From Octopus sinensis (Eukaryota): a stretch of DNA of 64,000 bases. The notes beneath the pieces are model-generated. The model was not told the origin of the DNA. It was given only the letters and a program-made list of their open reading frames with translations, and made no database searches. The position numbers and the translations under genes were made by a program. The DNA is taken from the NCBI RefSeq assembly GCF_006345805.1, contig NC_043001.1:74462001-74526000 (forward strand), in the 5' to 3' direction. Shown here in pieces: positions 11,850 through 24,467 of this stretch; positions within the stretch are counted from its first letter, which is position 1, and each line of letters starts with the position of its first letter.

Positions 11850-13079
11850 TTGGGTTGGCAACTAAGTTCCCGCGGTTTTTTTAAATTTAAATTTTTTAAA
11901 AGGTTTAATAAAAAATAACAACTAATTAATCAATAATGTATTCACCCTTGTTGTTTACAACTTCTTCCCAATGTTCAACAAGATTTTCAATACCTCATTG
12001 GTAGAAATCACCCAATTTCGACTGGAAAAATTGATCCAACCAAGCTCTCAATTCTGACTCTCAGCACATAGCATTTGAAAGAGATCGAAAGAGGTGGAAA
12101 GCCATTGGTGTCAAATCAGGAGTATGGCGGGTGTGGCAACACTTCCCAGCCTTGTATTTGAATGACTTCCTTGGTTATATTGGCGATATGAGGGAGGGCA
12201 TTGTCGTGCAGCAGAAGAACTCCATGCTGATGATTAGGTCTTTTCTCTTGAATAGCCATGTTGAGTTGTTCCATCTGTTGAACATAGAGTTCCTCATTGA
12301 CCATTTGGTTCCGTTCAAGCAATTTGTAATGGATAATCCCTTCCCAGTCCCACCATACACACAACATTGTTTTATGCGAATGAAGATCTTGTTTCATGCA
12401 GTGTTGTTGGTTTACCAGGGCTAAGCCATTCCTCACGCTGCTTCATATTGGTGTACAAACACCATTTTTCATTGTCATTTTTCGACAAAGAAATCGTTGC
12501 TTGTGTCCATGAGTGATGAGCAAGCAAACTAGCGGAGATTGTGGCTCATTGTATTTCGTTGCTATCACTTAAAGCATGCGGAACCCATGCTCCATACTTC
12601 TGAACCTTTCCCATTGAGTGAAGATGTCTCTCTTTAGCAGTGTTGGAGCATTCCATTTTCTCTGCCTGTTCCCTTGCTGTTTGATGAGAATTTTCGTGCA
12701 AAAGTTGGTTTAATTGCTCTTCATTGAACTTAACTGGACAGTCAGAACAAGGTGCATTTTTGAGGTCAAAATTTCCATTTTTGAACTTGGCATACCAATC
12801 ACAAGTGGTTCTTTCAGCTATGACACCCTCTCCATACACAGCACAAATGTTGAGAGCAGCTTTTGTTGCCTTAGAACCTTGATTAAAAGCAAAAAGGAGG
12901 TGTTGAAAATGCTCATTTTTCTTAACTTGACATCCCATTTTAATGATCTGAAAATAAACAAAAATTAATTAAAATTAACTAGAAAAAAAAACAAAATAGA
13001 TTCCAAAATGATTCAAAAATAGAATTCTCTAAAAAAAAGAGATTCCAAAATTTTAAAAAACGGTGGGAACCCAACCCAA
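11850..13079 (-). mobile_element. Mariner (DD34D) transposon, decayed
   Basis: TA-flanked TIRs TTGGGTTGG(CAACTAA)GTTCCC; the right TIR has a short deletion. Frameshifted transposase ~12938 to 11926 with WVPHAL, LHDNA and PHPPYS motifs. Confidence 0.92.
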
Positions 13080-13121
13080 TATATATATATATGTATGTAT
13101 GTGTATATGAGTGTATGTAAG

Positions 13122-13190
<69 letters not shown>

Positions 13191-13488
13191 ATTTATGTGT
13201 ATATATATGTATGTATGTATATTTATGTGTATATATATGTGTGTATGTATATTTATGTGTATATATATATATATGTACGTATATGTATGTATATGTGTGT
13301 ATATATATATGTATGTATATATATATTTGTATGTGTATATATGTATGTAAGTATATATGTATATATGTGTATGTATATATATATATATGTACATATATAT
13401 ATGTGTATATATATATATATTATATATATATATATGTATATATGTATCTATATGCATATATATATATATATGTATATATGTATCTATA

Positions 13489-13547
<59 letters not shown>

Positions 13548-13560
13548 ATATGTATATATA
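13080..13560. repeat. Compound (AT)/(GT) array grown from the mariner TA target site
   Basis: Starts at the TA immediately after the right mariner TIR. Confidence 0.95.
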
Positions 13561-14130
13561 TCGACAAATGAAGTGAGTTCATGGTTCACAGGATAGCCTG
13601 CTGTGCTAACCTTGGATTGTAGAGTGACCTGTTGTTCTTGAGGAGATCTATTGAGTCAACTACATCAACATCAAAATAAAAATTCAAATGGAAATTGTAA
13701 TTAAGACACCCGTGCCGGTGACACGTAAAAAGCACCATCCGAACGAGGCAGATGCCAACGCCGCCTGGCTGGCATGTGTGTCGGTGACATGTAAAAGCAC
13801 CAACCGATCATGGCCGTTTGCCAGCCTGTTCCGACCCCTGTGCCGGTGGCACGTAAAAAACACCCACTACACTCACGGAGTGGTTGGTGTTAGGAAGGGC
13901 ATCCAGCTGTAGAAACACTGCTAAATCAGACTAGAGCCTGGTGCAGCCTCCATGGCTTCCAGACCCCGGTCGAACCGTCCATCCCATGCGAGCCTGGAAA
14001 ACGGATGTTAAAGGATGAGGATGATATATATATATGTACGTATATATATATATATATATATATGCATGTATATGTATATATATATATATATATATGTACT
14101 TTTCGGCATCCCCTCATGATGTGTATGTGA

Positions 14131-14164
<34 letters not shown>

Positions 14165-14912
14165 GATAAACACCCACTACACTCTTGGAGTGGTTGGTGT
14201 TAGGAAGGGCATCCAGCTGTAGAAACTCTGCCAGATCAGATTGGAGCCTGGTGCAGCCATCTGGCTCACCAGTCCTCAATCAAACCGTTCAACCCATGCC
14301 AGCATGGAAAGCAGGCGTTAAACGATGATGATGATGATGACGATGGGGGCCTGAAACGTTCCTGGCTTTGGGCAAAAGAAAATCCAGGATGATCAGTTAT
14401 GATTTTATTCAGCATATTCTCTCACAGATTCATATACTTATTTTAGCAGTCCTTTAGCTTTTCTAAGCCCTTTAAAAGGAGTCAGAAGGTTGGGCCACCA
14501 ACCAGGCCTTTAAAGCCTGGAACTTTTCAACACCCCCTCATATATGTGTGTGTGTGTGTATGTATGTGTAATTGGTTTCATTCCAACATTAAGCACACGA
14601 AGATGAAAGCTGAGTAACATTATGTATCACAGTGAAACAGTAAAATCTGTGAAAACTCATGATGGTCTGTGTTAGCAGCTTACAGCAAACACTATACAAC
14701 ACACACAATGAAAATAAGCTACTTTCATCTTTTCAAAGACCCCTTCATGAAACATCATCTCTCTCTGTTTCCTGACAACAAACTCATTCCACTCTGTGAA
14801 CCTATTGGTAATGACATGATTGATTCTGTTCTGTTCAATAAATAATTCAATCATTCTCTTTGTGTATATATGCCTAATATTGCTAAAGAATTACTTTTAT
14901 TTTGTCTTCTAG

Positions 14913-15044
14913 CAACACAGGAGCACAAATGACTTGTGATGTTAGCAATTCTAAAAAAACGGATAAGTATCTACGTTTAAAAAGATGGACATCATCAATT
15001 GATGATGTTACACCGAAATCGTTGCTGGACAACTTCAAAATTGA
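14913..15044 (+). CDS. Protease gene exon 7: SRCR domain, middle part
   Basis: tgtcttctAG|c...att ga|GTaagt; phase 2-2, 132 nt open frame; SNTGAQMTCDVSNSKKTDKYLRLKRWTSSIDDVTPKSLLDNFKI. Confidence 0.72.
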
Positions 15045-15129
15045 GTAAGTAGCATCAATTCATTAGGAATTTATTCTAAACCAAACAGGAAATGTCTTAT
15101 CTTTTTTGTGTGTGGAAGTTTATTAAAAC

Positions 15130-15590
15130 TACATTCTCTCTCCCATCTCTGCCTGTCACTGTGTTAGTCTGTTTCTCTCTCCTTTCTCCTTTCCTCTTAC
15201 CCCTCTCTTGCCCTCTTTCTCTTCCTCCTCTCTTTCCTTTCTCTGCCTCCTCTCTCTTTCCTCCTTCTCACCCCCTCTCCTCTTACTCCTCTTCCATCCC
15301 CCTCTCATATCCCTCCTCTTGCCTCTCTTTCCTTTCCCTCCTTCGTCCTTTCCCTCCCTCCTCCTTTCTCTCCCTCCTCCTTTCCTCCCCTCCTCCCCCT
15401 TTCCTCTTACTCCTCTTCCATCCCCCTCTCATATCCCTCCTCTTGCCTCTCTTTCCTTTCCCTCCCTCGTCCTTTCCCTCCCTCGTCCTTTCTCTCCCTC
15501 CTCCTTTCCTTCCCTCCTCCATTCCCTCCCTCCTCCTTTCCCTCCCTCCAACTTTCCTTCCATCTTCCTCCCGCTCCTCCCTCTCTCAAG
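15130..15590. repeat. Polypyrimidine (CT-rich) tract
   Basis: Almost purine-free + strand, with a ~53-nt block duplicated at ~15283 and ~15407. Confidence 0.95.
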
Positions 15591-18384
15591 ACACGTGAGT
15601 GAGTCTCTCATCATTTTGTTATTTCGGTCAAACTATTCCCATTGGAACCGGAACAATCATATATAAACTTCACAAGAAAATCTTTGCAGTGTTTAGTTAC
15701 AATCTCCTTTTTTTTTTCACATTCTCAGTTTAATCTCCCCACCACCAATCAAGTCCTTTTATCTCTTGATAAAATAAAGAAAGAACCACTCAAGCATTGG
15801 AATTGATTTAATCAATTCTATCCGCCCCACTACAAATTTATGGTCTTGTGGTGAAACCAATATTGCAGACAAGAAGTAGAATCAAAGAAATGGAGGAGAA
15901 ATTAATAGAAAGTTCCACAGAAATAATTGTGGGAATTTTATAGATGGAATAATCTAAGAGTTCATGAATACTTCCTTTCTTTAGGTGTGTATGTGTAGGT
16001 ATATGTCTGTATGTACAAGTATATGCATATGTATGCATGCATATATATATATGTGTGTGTATTTGTGCATATATATATATATGTGTGTGTATTTGTGCAT
16101 ATATATATATATGTGTGTGTATTTGTGCATATATATATATATATATGCACATGTATAAATATAATATGTATATAAGAATATTCATGTTTGTGTATGTGCA
16201 TGTATGTATGTGTGTGTGGGGGTATGTATATATATATATGAGTGTGTGTGTGTATATATATATATTATTGTGCATATGCATATATGTGTGCATATATATA
16301 TGTGTATTTGTGTGTGTGTGTGTGTATGTATGTGCATGTGTGTGTATATATATATGTGTGCAGGAGCATGTGTGTGCAGGAGCATGTGTGTTCCCCTTGA
16401 TTATATCTAACAAATGACATCTTTGTGTGCAATCTCTTGTGAGGGCACATGCAGGCTATTTTCCATACCCATGGGACTTGAACCCATACCTCTCTATTTA
16501 CGTGATTGTGTGTGCTACTGATTGCACTAATGAACCTACCTGCTTTTTTCTGTCAGATTTAAGAAATATAATTAGTTTGCAGTTGTTTTTGTAAACAAAC
16601 TTTCATATGCTTTTTTACTACATATAGTAAAGGAATTGGTAAGATACATACCTACTGCTACACATATAAATACATCTTTGATTGTATGCAAACAGAGGTG
16701 GTTTTCTGATTGATAAGGCACATCAACATATTGCAACTTCTAGGGGTGGTGTAGCAGAGAAAAAACAGATATATACTGCTACTGAGAAATAATTGGCCTA
16801 ATAAATAAATAAACAGTCACACACACACACACACACACAGAGGCAGGCATGTAAATTAGTATTACCAACAGAGACAGAGAGGTGGAGGAGGGGAAGTGTT
16901 TCTATTAAAGATATAATTTTGATTTATAAAAACATTGATAAAAGAAAATAAGTGTTAGTTTATTATTGACAAAGGGTGTGCAGTGACTCTATAAATCTAA
17001 TTGGTTCAGTCAGTAGCATAGTTATAGTTCAGAAGAGTGTTGTGGTGCCAATAAACGTAGCTGGTTATAAGTTTGTCTGAAAGTCTGTTTTACAACCAAG
17101 AGGGTGTAGGTTTTTATATTTTATTTTATTTATTTTGTTTACTAAGTTTTCACAATTTTACAGGCCTGACATGTGTATTGTTGATTCAGTAGAATGTTTG
17201 ACAACATCACAATTTTGATAGACATATACATTCATAGATATAGATACACACACACACAGATGTATACATGTATCTATATGTGTATGCATGTGTGTATGTT
17301 CCCTTCTATTTTTAATTGTTTAACTTCTTCTGATGAAGAAGGAGTTGGTTTGAACAAAGATATAAAGTTCCATTGTTGAAATTAGCAGAAACTGAGCACA
17401 TATACAGGATGGTTCTCTTGTTACATATAACTTCTTGGTGTCTGTGTTCCTTTCCATAAATGACCAAAACTCAGTATTAGACATTGATAGCTCTTCTTAA
17501 AGTCTCTCAACAACAGAGGTTGCAAAAGTGCATTTCTATAGATGTTGTCTCATAACATCCAGAAAATGGGTACTTTTTAATAAAATTTTCTACAAATACT
17601 GCTTAGATGTTGTGGCTTCAGAGTATATAGGGATTTATGGGAAAGAATTTTTCCAATGGGTGAAGAGATGAGTTTAGAAAAATTCATGTGATCTGACGTT
17701 TTTCACTCGTAACTTCCAGGAAATGGGTATTGTTTAATGAAAGTTTATACGAATACCTTTCAAACAGCATAGATTACGATTATAAATTTTAGGGGAACAT
17801 TTTCCCGAGGGGGTGGGGAGACCAAAGAAGTTAGAACTACTCTGTTTTGATTTTCTCCATTAATTTTTAAACCAAAGCCTTCAAAATGATAGAGTGGAGG
17901 TGGGGAGCATCCTTGTATGAAAAATGTTTTGAAAATTTTTCTTTTACAACCACCCCACTCCCTTATCATCACACTCCAGATCTATTTTGGCCAATTTTTG
18001 TTGCACTTCAGTAAAAAAAAAAGGAAATTAATATTTTCAGAGGGAAAAGTAAGGGATTTAAGGGAGATTTGGCTGTTGTTTCTAGCACATCCCAAGACAA
18101 CCTTCCACATTTCTTTATCACTCTCACATGTATTGATGTTTTTCAATAATTTTTCCCCATAAATAATTTATTTATATGCTAAAGAAAGAAAGTTTGAAAA
18201 AATATGAATTTTTGCTACCCCACTCCCTGCCCCCAATTGTTCTGTTTATAAATCAAAATATTGGAGAGCCTGAGAAGGTTATTGCTGACATTTATCCAAA
18301 ACGATTTAAGGAAAGAGTTATGTAAATGTAGAAATATTATTTCTGATTCTCTCTAAAGGAGACTATGGCAGCGGTACTGGATAT

Positions 18385-18617
18385 TAATAGTTATTGCCAA
18401 GCTAACATGGCAGTCCAGAAAAATAGGATGAATGCTGCCGTTGATTAGTTCCAAGAGGCCATTGCCTCTAGCTAGCTATGTGACACACAAACCTGTATAA
18501 TGGACACAGGTTTGTGTGTCGCATAGCTTGCTAGAGGCAGTGGTCTCTTGGAGCTAATCAACGGCAGCATTCGTCTTATTTTTCTGGACTGCCATGTTAG
18601 CTTGGCAATAACTGTTA
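18385..18617. repeat. Near-perfect foldback (112-bp arms, 9-nt loop)
   Basis: Paired base by base: 104 Watson-Crick, 7 G-U and 1 U-U on the + strand. Confidence 0.97.
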
Positions 18618-19970
18618 TGTAAACGATATTTCATTTTAATGGTATACTTTTCTGTTAGAAAATGGTTTTTCTTACACACATACACTTTGTTTGATTGAGG
18701 TGGGGGTAAAAATTTAGATTATAATTTCTTTTGTTGCTTATGGACCATGCATGTGTTACTTTGGCATCATCATTCTATAAAATGTGTTTAATGGGAGAAA
18801 AATATTGAATAAACATCAATACATGTGAGGGTGAAAAACGGAGGTGGGGTGGCTGTGATTTGGGTTGTGCTAGAAACAACAGCCAAACCTCCTTGAATTG
18901 TTTACCATTTCCTCTGGAAATAATTACAATTTATTTTTTACTGAAAAGGGCTCCTCCCATTGTTTTTAATTTCAAAAAAAAAATGCCCAAAAACTGTCCA
19001 GATAGTTATTATTGTAAGTCTTGCAGATTCCAAACAGCCATAACAACAAAATCACTTATTTCTTTTTACAAAAATTATACTGGTATATTAAAGAATAGTC
19101 AAACCTGCCTTGAAGTGTTTATCTTTTCTTCTGAATCATCATCATCATCATTTAGCAATTTTTTTCTACCAAACAGGCTCCTCCCACGGTTTTTAAGTTA
19201 AAACAGTCAAAATTGGTCCAGATAGTTATTATTGTAAGGCTTATTAGTGTTCCAAACAGCTGTAACACTCACTTCTTAATTAAAAAATAAATTATACTGG
19301 TATCTGTGGAGATTTCCAGTTGCTGTCAGTATCTTGCAGGTTTTAATGTCATAAGAGTAGATTTCCTTTACAGACCAGTCAAGTATCCCAAACGATAGAA
19401 TCAGCACTGGTACTGCCATTGCATTGTAGGATATTGTCTTGTTGCAAGAGGTGAATTCTAATAGCCATATTTTTTAAAGTCTGGCATAATATTTTTTGGT
19501 TCACTCTATCTTTATTCACAGCACCTTCATCTGATATGTTTTCATCAATACTTAGATATTTGTAGCATGCATGCATGAATGGTACATAAAATGTGATATG
19601 GAGGATCAGGTGACAAAACTGCAATGGACTGCTGTCAGCTCAGCTGTTGCTTGAGCTGCACCGTCTTCGCCAATCTGTTTGGTGTTGCCTTCTATTCCAG
19701 TTGCCATTGAAATCACAGCTCTTCATCAGCTTGCTCTGCTACTGGGAACTTTGTTTCTTTTAATTTTTTTAGGTATACTGCTCTAGATCTGCCCAGATCA
19801 ACAACTCTCCTTCTAAAGGTCTTCATAAGGACAGTCTTGCTTCTAAATTAGAGGTTGAGATCTTTCTCTGAACATGACAAACCACCAAGGAGTGTGAGGA
19901 TGATCCATGTCTGCTATATGTAGGACATCACTTAATACCTCTCTCTCATGCACACAAACACACACACATG

Positions 19971-20036
<66 letters not shown>

Positions 20037-20808
20037 ACACACACACACACACACACAGCTTGGCAATATGTGAGGGTTAGCAACAAAAAGAAGGAAAGGC
20101 ATCTGACCATAGATGTCTGCCTTAACCAATTTTACCTCACATATGCAAGCATGGACAAGTAGATGTTAAAATGAAAATGAAATTATATATATATATATTT
20201 TTTTATATGTATATACATACAAAAGTACATATTGTTTATATTCAGTTATTTTTTTTATGTTTTTAAAAATTTTTAATTTAAAATCAATTTTTTTAATTAA
20301 ATTTTATTTTCATTCCCATTTTTATACAGGAGTATATACACACATTTTACTGCACTCCACTTTCACATATATCCATAGACCTAAAATAATATTTTGTAAA
20401 ATAACCACATTTGAAACAATTGAAAAAATATTTGTATACACTTAGCCCACAAACTCTGCCCCCATAAAACACAAAGGTTAAAATTTCTACCAATTAATCA
20501 AATTGTTTAAAGAACAATGAACCCCTAAAAAGCGAAATTATTGAACAACAACCTTTATGCCTACCCACATCTTATGAACATCAAGATACAAGATAAATTT
20601 TTGTACTAACACCACCATGACATGTTCAACTAATAACCCCTATCTTCCAAATACAACCAGGAAATACCCTAAATAACAACAAAAAGTTTAAAAAATGACC
20701 AGCTAAAACATACCACCTACTAACATTCTTTTGTGAATCTTTAAAAATTCCATAACAAAAAAGTTAGCACACCCAATTACTAAGTTTTTAAATACTGCAC
20801 TAAACTAT

Positions 20809-21215
20809 AGGCACAGGAGTGGCTGTGTGGTAAGTAGCTTGCTTACCAACCACATGGTTCCAGACACAGTTGCACTGTGTGGCACCTTGAGCACGTGTCT
20901 TCTACTATAGCCTCAGATCAACCAAAGCCTTGTAAGCGGATTTGGTAGACAGAAACTGAAAGAAGCCCATTGTACATATGTATATATATGTGTGTGTATG
21001 TGTGTGTATATGTTTGTGTGTCTGTGTTTGACCCCCCAACATTGCTTGACAACCAATGCTGGTGTGTTTGCGTCCCCGTAACTTAGTGGTTCGGCAAAAG
21101 AGAATGATAGAATAAGTACTAGGCTTACAAAGAATAAGTCCTGGGGACAATTTGCTCGATTAAAGGTGGTGCTCCAGCATGGCCACAGTCAAATGACTGA
21201 AACACTTAAAAGAGT
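20809..21215 (+). mobile_element. tRNA-derived SINE, family C
   Basis: gtggctgtgtggtaag head, central (CA/TA)n and ccagcatggccacagtcaaatgactgaaac tail. Homologs at ~62255-62645 (-) and ~58840-59190 (+). Confidence 0.8.
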
Positions 21216-21581
21216 AAACTTGTAACCTTTGACCTTTAAGCAAAATATTAAATCCCATCAAACCAAAAATACCTACTGGCCCATCCAGTGATCAGAAGGC
21301 TTCCTATACCTACCTACTTCCTTTTTGTGAACCACTAAGAACAATCTCAAGATATGAAGCAGACACACCCAAATGTACACAGCTGCTTACAAAGTTCTAC
21401 ATGCATGAATGAATTCTAAACAATAAGAGTACTTTAAATTTAATCTATAAAATTTCTTCAGAGCACCTCTCCATGACAACCCACCCTGAAACCTAATTAC
21501 TACTCTATTCAAACCCACATACTCAAGGAAGATTTTAGCTCAGCAGAAATAATATAAAGCCAAAGTTAATTTCATTGCCTC

Positions 21582-21626
21582 ACAGTCTGATGATGGCTTA
21601 ACTGGCTGAAACTTCGAAGTCACTGT
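21582..21626 (+). ncRNA. Type I hammerhead ribozyme motif, core intact
   Basis: ACAGU-CUGAUGA-U-GGCU(UAACU)GGCU-GAAA-CUUCGAAG-UC-ACUGU: 5-bp stem I, stem II with two G-U pairs, palindromic stem III, GUC cleavage triplet. Confidence 0.7.
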
Positions 21627-22679
21627 CAATAATATTTTAGTTTTAGAATAATATATATGTATGTATGGAGGCATGTGGCTTAGTGGTTAGGGTGTCAGCA
21701 TCATGGTCGTAAGATTGTGGTTTCAATTGCTGGACCGGGTGACGCGTTGTGTTCTTGAGCAAAATACTTCATTTCACATTGCTCCAGTCCACTCAGCTGG
21801 CAAAAATGAGTAACGCTGTGATGGACTGGCGTCCCATCCAGCTGGGGAACACATACACCATAGAAGCTGGGAAATCGGGCCCATGAGCCTGGTTAGGCTT
21901 TAAAAGGGTGCGTTTATTTATTTTATTATGTAAGTATGTATGTATGTATGTATGTACAGATGTACATATGTATTTATGTATTGCGTATGTATAATATAAC
22001 AGCTAAAAAGAGTTATTTAAATAACTATTGCGCACATGTTTCTATAACGGATATTTATATTATAAATATCTATAATTTCATTGGCAATTGAAATCTAAAT
22101 AAATGTTTAAAATGAAAAAAGAAATAGTGTTCATTATTCCTTATTGAAGAATACATGCCAAATGGTGAAATTTCAGCTGTTATTCAGACTTATAATAATT
22201 TTTGTACTTTGAAGTTTTGATATCTTATTGACATCCATAATATTTCACTCCAGAATATTCTCTAACATCTTCAAATATTCAACACATATAATTTCAACGA
22301 GGCATTGACATTTTTGACCTACTTTTTTAGAGCATTTTTTCTATTCTTCTTTATTTAATTATCAAGATATATAGGCAAATATATATTTTTATGGGTTAAT
22401 AGAAATGGTGGCAAGACAGCTTAACTATTTTGGTACCAACTCACCAGAGACTACTTCCTGTTTAAAATGATATAAATTAAAATGCTCCACTGAAATTTCA
22501 CGTGAAATTATGTCTCAAACACCAACTCAATAATGACGATGTCATTCTTCCTTATTTTGAAAATTAATTTAAACAAAAGCAGTGTATGTCAACAGAAATA
22601 TGGTAATAAATGGGTTAAATACTAGATTAATGTGTCTTTCAGAAATGTGCTGAAATCTTGTCTGGTTTCTCTGTTTCAG

Positions 22680-22729
22680 TAATTCCTGTACACCACATGG
22701 AACTCTTAAACTTCTGTGCCCCAAAAAAG
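22680..22729 (+). CDS. Protease gene exon 8: SRCR domain, C-terminal end (50-nt exon)
   Basis: ctctgtttcAG|t...aaa g|GTgagt; phase 2-1; DNSCTPHGTLKLLCPKK supplies the terminal C...L.C pair and the phase needed to join exon 9. Confidence 0.75.
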
Positions 22730-22779
22730 GTGAGTTGGGACCAAATCTTTACATTCCACATACTATATAATCATCATCA

Positions 22780-23835
22780 TCATCATCATGTGTCTCATTG
22801 TTCATGCTGGCATGGGTTGGATGGTTTGACCAGGGATTGTTTGCTGAGGGGGTGCACCAGGCACTAGTTTGATTTGGCATGGTTTCTACTGCTGGATGCC
22901 CCTCCTAACACCAACCACTCTGAGAGTTTAATGGGTGCTTTTTACATGCCTCTGGTATGGGTACCAGTTGCACGACACCATTATCTGCCACAACTATGAT
23001 TTCACTTGGCTCTATGAGTCTTCTCAAGCATGGCATATTGCCAAAGGTCTCAGTCATTGCCTCTGTGAGGCCCAATGTTTGAAGACCATGCTTCACCACC
23101 TCATCCCACGTCTTCATAGGTCTCCCTCTTCCACAGCTTCCTTTCACTGGTAGAGATTGGCACTTCTTCATACAGCTGTCCACATCCAATATGCATCACA
23201 TGACCATACGAACGTAGTTCTCTCTCTTGCACACCACATCTGATGCCTCTTATGCTCAACTTTTCTCTCAAGATGTTTACACTCTGTCGTACATGCACAA
23301 TATCATTGCACATCTAGTGAAGCATACTAGCGTCATCTCTTTTAAGCCTATGCATATCCTCAGCAGTCACAGCCCATGTTGCACTGCCATGTAGTATTGC
23401 TGTTCACACACTGGCATCATGAAATCTGCTTTTCACTCTGTGGGAGAGGCCCTTTGTTACCAACAAAGGTAGGAGCTCTCTGAACTTTGACCAAGCTATT
23501 CTTATTCTAACAGCTATGCTCTTGGTGCATCCACCCTTGATACTGACTTGGTCAGTAGTATATTTTCTGTGCGCTTTTAGTGCTAATTGTACCTGTGCAC
23601 TTCCATGCACAAATACTAGTTTCCCCATTAACTTTCCTCTGATACTGCAGCACCTCTTATGTGTCCATAGATTACACTGGGTACATCTTATGGAATTTCT
23701 ACTAATGCCTTTCCTTCAGGTTGAGCAGGGCCATCTGCCTGATGGGATTTGTGATTTGTCTGCCTTCCTACTTACTAAGACTTTGGTTTTTGCTAGGTTA
23801 ACTCTAAGGCCCTTCAATTCTAGACCTTGATTCCA
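22780..23835 (-). mobile_element. RTE-clade LINE 3' fragment
   Basis: Degenerate ORF-end peptides (RIRIAWSKFRELLPLL, GRGRPMKTWDEVV) followed by the shared tail ending in (GAT)n. Confidence 0.85.
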
Positions 23836-24103
23836 CACTTTTCAACACTTTGCAGTCATTAAGTTTCCATGATTGCAATTAATTGTATATTAATTATGAA
23901 TATTAATTATTTATAATTAATTATATGTAAAAGTATGTGGCCTTGTGGTTAGATTGATGCACTCATGATTACAAAATTGTGGTTTCGATACCCTGACTGG
24001 GTGTTGTGTTGTGATCTTGAGCAAGACTTTTCCTTTCATGTTATTCCAGTCCACTCAGGGCAACCCTGTGACAGACTGGCATTCTGTTCAAGTGGAATGT
24101 TGG

Positions 24104-24138
<35 letters not shown>

Positions 24139-24283
24139 AGCCAGCAAGGTGGTATCATTTAAATGCTACAACAATGCAAGGAAGCACATTGTGACCAATG
24201 TTATATAACAGCATTCAATAGTCTAGTCAATACAATAATATACTGATATTAATTATGTATTCTAATTGTGTATTTTCTTTCAG

Positions 24284-24467
24284 TATGTGGCAAGAGACCA
24301 TATTTTGATGACAGGGTGCAGTTAGAACCTTATTTAATTGGTGCTGATATTGCAAAAACAGGAGAATGGCCCTGGATGGCTTCACTTCGAAGACTTGGTG
24401 AGATGTCTTGTAGTGCTGCTTTGTTGAATCAACAATGGCTTATTACAGCTGGACATTGTATCTCCAA
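24284..24467 (+). CDS. Protease gene exon 9: linker Cys, activation site and catalytic His57
   Basis: ttctttcAG|ta...tcc aa|GTaagt; phase 1-2; VCGKRPYFDDRVQLEPY-LIGADIAKTGEWPWMASL...SCSAALLNQQWLITAGHCIS. Confidence 0.95.

Noticed and set aside
15092-15666. Pro/Ser/Leu-rich and Arg/Gly/Glu-rich ORFs
   Set aside because: Both strands of a CT-rich low-complexity tract.
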